Shown: piece after piece, positions 1-9,713 of the stretch | Position numbering within the stretch: position 1 is the first letter of the stretch | How the letters are laid out: every line of letters begins with the position of its first letter | Origin: an uncultured delta proteobacterium | Lineage (GTDB): Bacteria; Myxococcota_A; Polyangia; Polyangiales; Polyangiaceae | NCBI GenBank assembly: GCA_963841435.1 | Contig: CAWJCS010000001.1 | Span: 320,001 to 384,000 of the forward strand | DNA length: 64,000 nt | Reading direction: 5' to 3' | Translations under genes and position numbers: made by a program | The notes under the pieces: model-generated | Databases searched by the model: none | Seen by the model: only the letters and a program-made list of their open reading frames with translations | Told to the model about the DNA's origin: nothing

Positions 1-1791
1 GCCGGCGAACGTCCACCATTCTAGCTGCTCCGCGCCCTCGAGGATCGGCGACGGTTCGTCGTGCAGAAACGCGTGCTCAGCACGCAGCGTCCGCATGATG
101 GCACGCGCGCGCTGTGACCACGCCGGATCCTCGAATTCGCCGACGAGGATGCGGCGCATGGCTTGGCACAGCGCATAGCCGAGGAAGCGAGCGCCGCCGG
201 ACCAGCGGGGGGCTTTGCCGGTTTGGGCGGGCTTGACGATGCAGATGCCGCGCTCCCATTCGACGGTGATGATTTGCCAGGCGCGGCCGGCGAGCATGAA
301 GGCGCCGCGCTCGGCGTCGGAGTCGATGGCGGTGAGGAATTGGGCGTCGATGGTGCCCACGTCTTCCGTGCCGGCGCGCACCGTGATCAGGCGGGGGGTG
401 TCGAAGACGGCGTAGAGCTCGCGGAAGTTGGCGCGGCCGTAGCGGCGCTCGCCTTCGGGGCCGAGCCAGAGCTTGCCTTCTTGGTCGGCGAGGATGCCGC
501 CCGCGAGCATGTGGTCGATGATGCGGGTGCGTTCCTCGGCCGTGATGGCCGAGAAGGCGGCGGCTCCGTCGAGCCAGGCCCAGAGATCGCCGCGGGCAAT
601 GCCTCCGTGCTGCACGGCGAGGCCCATGATTTGGTGGGCTAGGATGTGAAAGGCGTTGTGGCTCGGGCGAATCCGTTCGACGAAGCCTTCGCGGAAGAGT
701 TGGATGATGGCCGCCGCCTGGAGCGCGCCGGTGTCTTTCGTTGCGAGGAAGGTGCAATTGGCGGGGCCGCCGCGTCGGCCGGTGCGGCCCATGCGCTGGA
801 GGAAGCTCGCGACGCTAGGCGGGGCGTCGAGTTGCAAGACGTGGTCGAGGTCTCCGACGTCGATGCCGAGCTCGAGCGCGCTCGTGGCGACGATCACGCA
901 GTCTCCGCCCTCTTGAAAGGCTCGCTCCGCGTCGCGGCGCTCGCTCATCGCAAGGGAGCCGTGCGAGACGAAGGTCATGACGCCGAGGCCGCCGAGGAGG
1001 TTGCCGAGTAGCTCGGCCTGCCGGCGTGAGTCGACGAAGACCAGCCGCTTCTTTCCCGGGTGGAGCGCCTGAACCACGTGGGCCGCGTTCTCCACGCTGC
1101 CCACGAAATCCAACGAGAGCTCCGGCGCGCGTTTGGCGCCGCCGGGGTCCACGACCGTCGCCTCACGCTTCGAGCTTCCCTGGACCCAGCGCAGGATTTC
1201 GTCCGGGTTGCCGACCGTGGCGGAGAGACCGATGCGTTGCACGTCGCGACCGCAGAAGCGGGTTAGACGTTCCATCAACGCCGAGAGGTGTGCGCCCCGG
1301 TCGTCGCCCGCGAAGGCGTGGATCTCGTCGATGACGACGGCGCGCAACCCCGAAAACAGCTCACGGGTGGGCACGCGGGCGCTGATGAAGCTTGCTTCGA
1401 GCGACTCTGGCGTGATGAGCAAGATGTCGGTCGGCTCCTCCAAGAAGCGCTTGCGAGCGCTCTGGGCCGTGTCGCCGTGCCATTTGAAGACACGACGCCC
1501 GATGGTTCCCGCGTAGCGACTGATCCGATCCTCCTGGTTGTTGAGCAGGGCGCGGATGGGCGACAGGTAGATGACCGAGATGGGGTGCCAGTCCTCGCTG
1601 TCCATGGCGGACAGGAGCGGAAAGAAGGCGGCTTCGGTCTTCCCGCCGGCAGTGGGCGCCAGGACGACGGCATTCTTTCCATCGAGGAGAGCCTCGATGG
1701 CTTGCTCCTGCACCGGGCGGAGCTCTCGGAAACCGAGGGTGTTGACGATCTGGTACTGGAGCGCCCCCGAAAGGCGCTCGAACGCGGTCAT
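1..1791 (-). CDS. brxHI: BREX-2 DEAD/DEAH-box (Lhr-like) helicase BrxHI, 3'-partial
   Basis: Manual translation from ATG 1791 (ATGA overlap with the brxD stop): MTAFERLSGALQYQIVNTLGFRELRPVQEQAI...APTAGGKTEAA (motif I), VIDEIHAFAG (DExH), SATVGNP, QRVGRTGRR and WWTFAG at the window edge. Frame runs off the left end, so it is absent from the ORF track. Confidence 0.9.
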   Translation of the reverse strand, partial: MTAFERLSGALQYQIVNTLGFRELRPVQEQAIEALLDGKNAVVLAPTAGGKTEAAFFPLLSAMDSEDWHPISVIYLSPIRALLNNQEDRISRYAGTIGRRVFKWHGDTAQSARKRFLEEPTDILLITPESLEASFISARVPTRELFSGLRAVVIDEIHAFAGDDRGAHLSALMERLTRFCGRDVQRIGLSATVGNPDEILRWVQGSSKREATVVDPGGAKRAPELSLDFVGSVENAAHVVQALHPGKKRLVFVDSRRQAELLGNLLGGLGVMTFVSHGSLAMSERRDAERAFQEGGDCVIVATSALELGIDVGDLDHVLQLDAPPSVASFLQRMGRTGRRGGPANCTFLATKDTGALQAAAIIQLFREGFVERIRPSHNAFHILAHQIMGLAVQHGGIARGDLWAWLDGAAAFSAITAEERTRIIDHMLAGGILADQEGKLWLGPEGERRYGRANFRELYAVFDTPRLITVRAGTEDVGTIDAQFLTAIDSDAERGAFMLAGRAWQIITVEWERGICIVKPAQTGKAPRWSGGARFLGYALCQAMRRILVGEFEDPAWSQRARAIMRTLRAEHAFLHDEPSPILEGAEQLEWWTFAG

Positions 1792-3140
1792 TCGAGCCCG
1801 CTCCGAGGCTTTTGCCCTGCTTCTCCGAGATCCAGCGCGATGTCGTCGGGGCTCCTCGTGATGCCGGCGGCCGCGCGCTCTTCGTCGGTCATTTCGTTGG
1901 CTTCAACGACCAGGCTGTAGTGAACGCGGGGGTCGAAGTCAGGGTGCTCGTCCACTCGATCGATCACGTCGACGATGCGCTTCAGGAAGATGCGCGGAGC
2001 GACGCCGACTTTGCCGCCAAGCTTTCCGGCAACGCCGCGAGCGAGCTCCGCAACAACGTCGTCCGGGACCCGCTCTGCAAGACGTTGCTTGTTCTCGGTC
2101 GGATAGAGGTCCCGCACCCGGCGGCCGACCTGAACCATCCGCTCGTGAGTGAACGGTTGAAGCCGGATCTGCGGCGCGCGCGGGTTGTCGAAACGAGGGT
2201 CCTTGCCGAGCTCGGTGTGGAGGCGTTGGGCAAGGGCGGGGGCGCGCTGCACGCCCTGCGGGCCGTCGAAGAATTGCGGCGTGCCCGTGATGAGCACGTA
2301 GAGCCCGGGGAAGGCGCCGTTCGTGAGGTCGTCGATGAGCTGGCGCAACGCGTTGAGGCTCTTTTCCCGGGCATCCGTGCGGACGCGCTGGATCGTCTCC
2401 ACTTCGTCCAGCACGAGGACCAAGCCCTTGCGCCCCGTCTGCTTGAGAACTTCGAGCAGACCACGAATGAAGCCGGCCGCGCCAAAGTGATCGACCTCGC
2501 CCTTCAGTCCCGCGGCGCGCGTGATGTCTTGCCCGACGTTCGGCTGGCCCATGAGCCAGGCAATGAGCCCCTCCGCGAGCGCGTGTTCACCCCGGACGCG
2601 AGCGGTGTGTGCCCGTCGTAAGGCAGCCGCGAACTGGGGCTGAGTTGCGCTGACGGTCGCGAGCCGCTGCTCGAGCAGATCGCCCACGGCAGTGGCAACG
2701 GCCTCGGGATTGGCCGCGTTCACTTTGCCCGCACCGAGGACTTCGTCCTCGAGCGTGAAGAACCAGCGATCGATGAGCGAGCGGAACGCTCCGTCCGCCC
2801 ACTCTTCGGTTTGAAGCTGCTCCACGCCCCGCCGGTACACGGTTTCCATCCGGTAGAGCGGCGTCTCGGTCTCGGAGATTTGCACGAGGGTCGTGGCGAA
2901 CCCGCGTTCACGCGCTCGCTGCTCAAGCCAGCGCGAAAAGAAGGTCTTGCCGGTGCCGTACTCGCCCCGCACCGCCTTGAAGCGCCCGCTTCCGGCGGCA
3001 ACGCTGGCAAGCTCCTCGTCGATCGCCTTCTCGAACGGCTCCAGACCGACCGCGAACAGCTCGAGACCGCGTCGCGGGACGGCGCCGATGCGCAGCGCGT
3101 CGATGATCTCGCGTCGCTTCAGAGGGCTCGGTGTGCTCAC
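1788..3140 (-). CDS. brxD: BREX system ATP-binding protein BrxD
   Basis: ALRIGAVPRRGL N-terminus, Walker A GEYGTGKT, Walker B LVLDEVE; lies between pglZ and the helicase. Confidence 0.92.
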   Translation of the reverse strand: MSTPSPLKRREIIDALRIGAVPRRGLELFAVGLEPFEKAIDEELASVAAGSGRFKAVRGEYGTGKTFFSRWLEQRARERGFATTLVQISETETPLYRMETVYRRGVEQLQTEEWADGAFRSLIDRWFFTLEDEVLGAGKVNAANPEAVATAVGDLLEQRLATVSATQPQFAAALRRAHTARVRGEHALAEGLIAWLMGQPNVGQDITRAAGLKGEVDHFGAAGFIRGLLEVLKQTGRKGLVLVLDEVETIQRVRTDAREKSLNALRQLIDDLTNGAFPGLYVLITGTPQFFDGPQGVQRAPALAQRLHTELGKDPRFDNPRAPQIRLQPFTHERMVQVGRRVRDLYPTENKQRLAERVPDDVVAELARGVAGKLGGKVGVAPRIFLKRIVDVIDRVDEHPDFDPRVHYSLVVEANEMTDEERAAAGITRSPDDIALDLGEAGQKPRSGLE

Positions 3141-5953
3141 AGCTTCACCTCGAACTGTTGCTCGAGCTTCGGCTTGTCCAAAAAGACTTGCCGGGTGCGC
3201 GATTCGAAGCGGAGTACCGCGTAGCCGTCAACGTTGAGCACTTCTTGTAGGCCTCTCACGTACCCTTCTACACGGAACGGAAGCACGTCGAGGTGTTGCG
3301 CGAAAACGTCCGCCGCCAACGCACCGCCGCGCGAGAGCAAGAGCTCCACGGCGCGGACGGCTCGTTCGCGCGCTTCGGCCTTCGGAGCCCGTGCCTTGAG
3401 CATCTCGCAGTTCGCGAACGCTGCAAGCGCGCCGTCGAGCGGCGAAGCCGCGGTAGGTGCGGTCACCGGCACGGGAGCCACGACCGGCACCACCTGCGGG
3501 AGCCCGAGCTGGCCATCCAGGACACCTTTCGGGCGCCTCTTGCCTACCGAGGGCGGTTTGGGCGTGCGGCTGACCTCGACCGCCGGGCGGACCGCAAAGT
3601 GCCACCAGTCGGGGACGTAAGCGGGACGCGGTCGGAGCGCTTCGTCGACGAGAGCGTCGGGACCCGGCTCGTCCCAACCGATCAAGACGCACGGGGCGAC
3701 CACCTCCGCCAGCGTGGCGCCGCCGTGTTCGCCGGCGTGCGCGGCGGAGCCGTAGCGCTTGTCCTCGGTGGCCAACAACACGACCCCCTCGGCTCCCTTC
3801 GTCGTGTAGACCCCCTGCCCCTTGAAGAGGAGCTCGCCGGGTTGGAGCGTGTCCACGTCGCCCAGCCACGGGCGGTAGCGGGCACCGGCCTGGCCGGGAG
3901 ACGCGAGCGTTCGGAGACGATCCGCTGGGACGTGACCGTGGTCCGCTGCGAGGAGGATCGTTCGACCCGCATCGCGCGCCGCGTCCAACAGATCGGAGAG
4001 CGACCGGATGGTTTCCACCGTCCAGGTCGACTGCTGCTGGGTGTCGCCCTTGAGCGACGCATCGATCGCGTTGACGACAATGCCGACGACCCGCCGCCGG
4101 GCGTCGGCAATCAGGCTCAGGGCTTCTTTGGTCGCTGAGCCGTCGCCGGTGTGCCCCTCGCTGCGGAGCAAGAGCTTGGGGCCGACCGCCTGGTCGCAGA
4201 AGGGCTGCAAGATCTTGTTGTCGCGGAAGCGGTCGTCGTCCTTCTGGGTGTTCAGCGTCGAGCCGCTGGGCATCTCCTTGCCCGCGAAGAACGCCGAGCG
4301 GCTGACCTCGGTCGTGGTCGGTAGATTCGCGAGCATGGCCGGGTAGGCACCGTCTCCGACCCGGTTCATCGCGTGCCAGGCGATCGGTGCCCAACCGTGA
4401 GAGCGCGTGCCGAGCGATTGCAGGAGCTCGACCGCCTGCGCCCAGGCCATGCCATCCATGAGCAACACGAGCAGCTTCCGCGCCCCGTCCTTTTCCAGGA
4501 ATTGCGCCCCAAAGCGCTTGAGCGCCTGATCGATCGGCACGACCTGGTTGGACGGACGCCCCGCCACAACCCAGCTCCTCAGCGCTTTCGCAAAGCGTTC
4601 GTCGAGCAACGCTCGCTCGCGATCCGCCCACGCAACGACGGCTTCGGCGCCTCGCCCGAGCGTGGCTTCCGCCGTGCCGCGCGCCCAGCGTCGCGCCCAG
4701 TCGACGAAGCCGCCCTCCTCCGCGTACCAGCGTCCGAGCACGATCGCGTCGGCGTAGTCCGCATCGGACGCTTCGAGCTGCTGATCGGGGCGTACCACGA
4801 GCCACGCGAGCAGCCGGACGGCCATCTCGGCGCGTTTCACCGCCCGGGTGTGCGCCGACTCCTGGAACAGGACGTGGCTCTCGAGCGCTTTCAGCGCTGC
4901 CGCCGCTTCCCCGACCGCTTCGATGCTCGGTTCAGCGACCCCGCGCTCGAGCGCGACCCCGATGCGCTCCAGGCGTGCCGCCCACGCCGAAGGCAAGCGA
5001 TCGTTGGCGACCAGCGCAGAGCGAACTTCCGGGTGGTCAACACGAGCATCCGCCGAATGGACGATGCGCTGGATCTCGTCAGGCGGAACCCGCCGCTCCA
5101 GCGCCCGGAACGCGAGAGGCGCTGCCTCACCGAGCGCCTTCGCGACTTCCGGGATCTGCAGGATCGCCGACGCGCCAACCACGGGCTTGAGACGCTCTGT
5201 AAGCCACATGCGCACGAGGCCGTCCTCGTTCGGGGCCAACGTTTCGCAAAGCAGCGCGAGCTCGAGCAGCTCGGCTCCGCGCCCCTCTTCCCAGGCGCGC
5301 CAGATGAGCGGCCCGACCAGCCCGAGCACCTTCCCCAAATGCTCCAGGAGCCCCGCCCGGACCCCGATCGCGGCCGGCTCGGTGGCCTCGTTCATCGCCT
5401 CCAGGAAGCGCGCCCCCCGGCGATCGGTGCCCGCCCAGGCGAGCAGCGTGTCTCGCGCCAGCCCACCCCCCACGTCGACACCCCAATCCGCCGAAAGCCA
5501 CGCAGCCCACAGACCGTTTTCCGTGACCCGACCGGCCGCGACCGGGTACGCCTTGGTCGGGTTCTGGGGACGCAAGAGGTAGCGCGCAAGCGAGGAGCGG
5601 GCCACGTCGTCCGCTTCGCGCGCGCCGCAGAGCGTGAGCAGCCGGCGCGTGGAGTCGATCGCTCGAACGGATTCGCTGCTGAAGCGCCCGCGAAGATCGA
5701 GCGGAACGTCACCCTGCCACGGCACCAGGAAAACGATGCGCGCCCCGGCGTCCTCGAGCGGCGGCATCCGCTCCCGGAGCTCGAGCTCACTGCGCACCGG
5801 CTGCACCGTGAATTCACCCACGCCGTCGACGCTTACCGAGTCTTCCGCCCCCTTGCCGAACACGGCGACCAGGTGGTGGCGCCGCTCCCGCCGGTAGATG
5901 CGGTTGAGCTCCTCCTGGATCTCGCGCCGCTGGAGCTCCGGGACTTCGGTCAT
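3137..5953 (-). CDS. pglZ: BREX-2 alkaline-phosphatase-family protein PglZ
   Basis: 938 aa with LLMDGM, LPTTTEVSR, AADHGH and GEHGG motifs of the PglZ domain; C-terminal LNVDGY motif; operon position. Confidence 0.92.
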   Translation of the reverse strand: MTEVPELQRREIQEELNRIYRRERRHHLVAVFGKGAEDSVSVDGVGEFTVQPVRSELELRERMPPLEDAGARIVFLVPWQGDVPLDLRGRFSSESVRAIDSTRRLLTLCGAREADDVARSSLARYLLRPQNPTKAYPVAAGRVTENGLWAAWLSADWGVDVGGGLARDTLLAWAGTDRRGARFLEAMNEATEPAAIGVRAGLLEHLGKVLGLVGPLIWRAWEEGRGAELLELALLCETLAPNEDGLVRMWLTERLKPVVGASAILQIPEVAKALGEAAPLAFRALERRVPPDEIQRIVHSADARVDHPEVRSALVANDRLPSAWAARLERIGVALERGVAEPSIEAVGEAAAALKALESHVLFQESAHTRAVKRAEMAVRLLAWLVVRPDQQLEASDADYADAIVLGRWYAEEGGFVDWARRWARGTAEATLGRGAEAVVAWADRERALLDERFAKALRSWVVAGRPSNQVVPIDQALKRFGAQFLEKDGARKLLVLLMDGMAWAQAVELLQSLGTRSHGWAPIAWHAMNRVGDGAYPAMLANLPTTTEVSRSAFFAGKEMPSGSTLNTQKDDDRFRDNKILQPFCDQAVGPKLLLRSEGHTGDGSATKEALSLIADARRRVVGIVVNAIDASLKGDTQQQSTWTVETIRSLSDLLDAARDAGRTILLAADHGHVPADRLRTLASPGQAGARYRPWLGDVDTLQPGELLFKGQGVYTTKGAEGVVLLATEDKRYGSAAHAGEHGGATLAEVVAPCVLIGWDEPGPDALVDEALRPRPAYVPDWWHFAVRPAVEVSRTPKPPSVGKRRPKGVLDGQLGLPQVVPVVAPVPVTAPTAASPLDGALAAFANCEMLKARAPKAEARERAVRAVELLLSRGGALAADVFAQHLDVLPFRVEGYVRGLQEVLNVDGYAVLRFESRTRQVFLDKPKLEQQFEVKL

Positions 5954-8900
5954 GGCCGCTTGGTGATGATGATCGTCGCGGCCATCTCGAGCTCGGGGTC
6001 CGCGCTCAATTTCGCCTCAGCCTCGTTCACGAGCTCGCTCAGTTTGCGCCGGATCTCCTCGCCACCCTTGACCTGGAGGCGTCGCTCGAACACCACCGTC
6101 GCCCCCGGGCGGCTCGTGTCAGGATGCAGCAGACGCTGGGCCTGTCGCGCGAGGTCTCGCACCCGTTCGACGAGGGCCACGTTGATTTCATCCTGACGCA
6201 GCGCTGCGTGGACGTGCTCGAGCAGCTCCTCGGCACCGGTGAGCTCATTCCGTCGAGCGCGAAGCTGCTCGAAAACCCCAAAAACAACGTCGTCGCGCAG
6301 AAGCTCGGTGACCTTTTGCGCTTCCCCTACGTGCCGACCGACGGCCAGACCGCTGGTCTTGGGCTCGTACCCAGCGAGCGTGCGCACCAGCTCGAGCCCG
6401 GTCTTTCCGCGCAACACGGTGCAGAGCTCATCAGCCGAGCGCGCGGTCTGCAGGCGATCGGTTTCGCCGGTGAGACCGACCTCCGTCGAGCGGCGAGCGA
6501 GGAGCGGCGGTAGGTCCGCGCAGGGTGTGGCGGCCGACTCCACCTTCGCGCCGAGCTGTGCCCGGAACCGGCCCAGGTTGTCGGGGCTCAAGAAGCGATT
6601 GGCGAAGGTGACGCCGAAGCATTGGGCGGCTTTCCCGAGCGCCCGCGTCCACTCTGCCTGGTCCGGCAGATCCGGTTTTTCGAGGACCGCGTCCGCGTGC
6701 AGCGGCGACTTCGGCTCATACGGCTTGCCGTGGAGCTCGAAAGTGCGGCGAGCCCAGAGTGCGTAGCACCGCACGACCAAGTCCTGCGCCTCGATCTGCA
6801 GGCCCATCTTGTGGCCCTCGTCGAGCCAGTGCCGAAGCTCCCCCACCGTCGGGCGTTCGACGCCCAGCTGCTGCCGCCGATTCTCGAGCGCCTGAAGGCG
6901 CTTGTCCTCCAAGAGCTGCACCGACGTCTCGGTCAGGCGGACGATGCCAAGCTCCCCGAGCGTCCCCAGCATCTCGCCGTGAAGCTCCCGGTCCGCAGGA
7001 ATCAGCTTGTTTTCAGCCGTCAGCAGTTCGCCGAACTTCTCGAGCAGCCTCCCGGTCCGCTGCGCCGAGAGCGCCTTGGTGAAGTGCGGGTGCCTCGGGT
7101 AACGCGCATCGAGCAATCCCGAGACGAGCACTTCTTTTGCGCTCGCCAGGTTCGGCGCCAGACCGATCGGCACCTCCGCACCCGGCGTGAGCACGTGCAG
7201 GTGCTGTTCGACGCGGTTCGAGCCGTCGATGTCCGCATCGACCGCTTGGCGAAGCCCGTACGCCTGCTCGAGCACCTCGTGCAGCCGGGCTTTCTTCTGG
7301 GCGCGCAGGTTGTCGAGATCCGAGAGCGCTCGACTCTGATCCTCGAGGCTCAGGTCCTTGACCGCCTCTCGCTGAATCGACTTGTCGCCCATAATGTGCT
7401 CGAGCACCACGAGCTCGCCGAGCAGCTGCTTCAGCGAAGCCGAGAAGAAGTGCGGGAGCCAAACGAGCGTCCAGGATTTGTCCGCCTCCTTGAATTGCTC
7501 GATGGCCCGAAGGTCGTCGGCGGGCCCCTTGCCGTCCTCGTCGAACGGATAGTCGATGACGAAGCGAAAATCGTGGTCCTCGCTGCAGCGGAGCATGGCC
7601 GGGCTCATCGTGCGGACGTTTCCGAAGAGCACGTGCCCGTGGCGTCGCGTCCCCCGCCATTCCACCTTCTCGTCACGCCCCGCCTCGCTCACCTTGTCCA
7701 TCCCCAGGGCCTCGAACAGGATCTCCCGCACCACGCGCTGCTGCGTGCCGAGATTGTCAACGCGCGAATAGCGCTCCAGGATGGGCTTGATGTCGACCCC
7801 CTCGAGCCGCACGTGCACCGCGGGGTCGGTCTCGCTGCCCACGTAGAGCTGGGCGATTGTCGTTGCGGACGCCCACTTCTTGAGCTGCTGCGCGACCTGC
7901 GCGGTTTCGGTGCCGGGAATGAGCACCTTGATCGTGCCGTGGTTCAGCTGAGCGAGCCGACTCGCCGTCAGGTCTTTCAGGGCCGGCACTTCGGGAACGA
8001 GGGCGGCGATCAGCAACGTTTTGATCAGCCGGTTGTCCTTCCGGCACAGCGCCTCGGGGCAGCCCGAGCATCCGAGCCGAGGCGGGTGACCAGGCCGCAA
8101 CCGCTGGCAGCGTTCCTTGCTATTCGTGCCGTTGGTTTCCTGGATCACGGGCAAGAACTGGTAGCGGTAGAGGTGCTTCGCCGAGTTGAACCGGCTTCGC
8201 ATCAGGCCGTCGGCAGGATCCTCGCCACCGGCCAGCACGTCGAACAGATCGCCCACCCGCACGACCTCCCCGATCTGGAGCTCGGGAATGTGCTCGACCA
8301 GGATCTCCATCAAGAGCTTGATCGCCGTGCGCTCGCGCTGAAGGGAGTTCGAAAGCGCGATGAGCGCGTCGACCAGCGCCGGGCTGAACGGGTAGAGCTT
8401 GCGAAAGGCAGCCGCGTCCTGCTGCCCCACGAGCGTGTTCCACGCTCCGCCAGCCGAGGCCCTCAGGCTCTCGAACGCCCGGTCGAGCGTGCCCTTGGAC
8501 GCTTCGTCCTTCGGCCGCAGGATCCGCTTCTCGACGATCTCCGGGAGATTCTGGTCGCCGAGCGTGATGGTCCCGTAGCGGCCCTCCCAGTGATTGAGCG
8601 AGTCATGCAGGCGCGCGTTCTCCGCGCCCGTGTGAAGCTTACCCACCATCTCGGCCAGGTCGCGCTGCCGCGCGATGAAGCTCACGATCGGGATCCGCCG
8701 GTCGCTCTCCTGCGCCTCGACGAGCTTGACCATCTTCTGCACTTCGTTGTGCAGCCAGGCCGAGTCGCTGGCCCGGTGAGAGAGCCAAAGGATGAGCTCG
8801 TCGAGAAACAGGACGACCCCGTCGTAACCGAGCTCGGCGGCATGGCGGGCCATGACGGCCAGTCCCGAGTCGAGGTCGACGTACGTCCGGGCCTCCGTCA

Positions 8901-9582
8901 CCGAGGCCTGGAACCAGCTCTTCGCGAGCGCGCTGAAGAGCTTTTCGCGCTCTTCGGGATCGGTGGAGGCGGTGGCCAGGTCAAAGCGTTCGCGGTCCCA
9001 GGCTTCGCCGAGCTTTCCCCAGCCCTTCTTCTGTGGGCCGCCCAGGGCGGCGAAGAACTTTTCGTCACCCAGGTTTTCGAGCAACCGCTGAGCGTCTTCG
9101 AAGATCTTTTCGTCGGCGAAGAGGCCGGGGATGGTGGCGTCAGGATGTTCCGCTTGGACGAACGCGACGTAGCTCGAGAAGATTTTCTCTTCGAGGCTGT
9201 GTGCGCCGATCATGTGGAAGCTGAGCTGGCAGAGTTTCTTCTTGCCGACGAACCCGAACTTCTGCCGCAGGGCGTGCAGTGCCGGGATGCGCCAGGCCGC
9301 TTCGTGCCCCTTGAGCAGGAGGCTCAGCATGGCCATGAAGTGGGATTTGCCGCTGCCGAAGCTGCCGTGGAGGTAGGTGGCTTTGCTCCGACCGTCGCGG
9401 AGGGCGCTGTTGACCAGCGACAAGCTCTGGTCGAAGGCGTCGGCGAGCGCTTCGGTGACGACGTAGGTCCCCGCGGTTTCGTCTGGGTGCTCGAGGCCCT
9501 CGGTCAGCTTGAGGACGAAGTCGCCTTCGTGGACCTGCTGCGGGAGGTCGAAGAGGTCGTGGACGCGGATCGGGTCGGTCAT
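5950..9582 (-). CDS. pglY: BREX-2 ATPase PglY
   Basis: 1210 aa; N-terminal DLFDLP..VHEGDFVLKL, Walker A GSFGSGKS, LFLDELILW, YPFSPALV. Confidence 0.92.
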   Translation of the reverse strand: MTDPIRVHDLFDLPQQVHEGDFVLKLTEGLEHPDETAGTYVVTEALADAFDQSLSLVNSALRDGRSKATYLHGSFGSGKSHFMAMLSLLLKGHEAAWRIPALHALRQKFGFVGKKKLCQLSFHMIGAHSLEEKIFSSYVAFVQAEHPDATIPGLFADEKIFEDAQRLLENLGDEKFFAALGGPQKKGWGKLGEAWDRERFDLATASTDPEEREKLFSALAKSWFQASVTEARTYVDLDSGLAVMARHAAELGYDGVVLFLDELILWLSHRASDSAWLHNEVQKMVKLVEAQESDRRIPIVSFIARQRDLAEMVGKLHTGAENARLHDSLNHWEGRYGTITLGDQNLPEIVEKRILRPKDEASKGTLDRAFESLRASAGGAWNTLVGQQDAAAFRKLYPFSPALVDALIALSNSLQRERTAIKLLMEILVEHIPELQIGEVVRVGDLFDVLAGGEDPADGLMRSRFNSAKHLYRYQFLPVIQETNGTNSKERCQRLRPGHPPRLGCSGCPEALCRKDNRLIKTLLIAALVPEVPALKDLTASRLAQLNHGTIKVLIPGTETAQVAQQLKKWASATTIAQLYVGSETDPAVHVRLEGVDIKPILERYSRVDNLGTQQRVVREILFEALGMDKVSEAGRDEKVEWRGTRRHGHVLFGNVRTMSPAMLRCSEDHDFRFVIDYPFDEDGKGPADDLRAIEQFKEADKSWTLVWLPHFFSASLKQLLGELVVLEHIMGDKSIQREAVKDLSLEDQSRALSDLDNLRAQKKARLHEVLEQAYGLRQAVDADIDGSNRVEQHLHVLTPGAEVPIGLAPNLASAKEVLVSGLLDARYPRHPHFTKALSAQRTGRLLEKFGELLTAENKLIPADRELHGEMLGTLGELGIVRLTETSVQLLEDKRLQALENRRQQLGVERPTVGELRHWLDEGHKMGLQIEAQDLVVRCYALWARRTFELHGKPYEPKSPLHADAVLEKPDLPDQAEWTRALGKAAQCFGVTFANRFLSPDNLGRFRAQLGAKVESAATPCADLPPLLARRSTEVGLTGETDRLQTARSADELCTVLRGKTGLELVRTLAGYEPKTSGLAVGRHVGEAQKVTELLRDDVVFGVFEQLRARRNELTGAEELLEHVHAALRQDEINVALVERVRDLARQAQRLLHPDTSRPGATVVFERRLQVKGGEEIRRKLSELVNEAEAKLSADPELEMAATIIITKRP

Positions 9583-9589
9583 GGGCTAG

Positions 9590-9618
9590 GGAGCTCGCGG
9601 ATCGGTGATGTTAGCCAT
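9590..9618 (-). pseudogene. Very short degenerate relic of a pglY-like 5' end
   Basis: atggctaacatcaccgatccgcgagctc resembles the start of the mini-pglY at 11552 (atggctgaagtcaccaaagtccgcgacctc) and lies just upstream of the intact pglY start. Confidence 0.35.
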
Positions 9619-9677
9619 AGCTCGAGCCGGATTGCGCACCGCTTGGTGAGCTTGTTTTCTGCTGGTTTTGCCGGTCC

Positions 9678-9710
9678 CCGGTCATATTTGGCCATAATCC
9701 GGTTCATATT
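9678..9710. promoter_or_regulatory. Three ~10-11 bp-period imperfect direct repeats upstream of pglY (possible operator)
   Basis: GGTCATATT, GGCCATAAT and GTTCATATT in tandem in an AT-richer spacer. Confidence 0.3.
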
Positions 9711-9713
9711 CTG

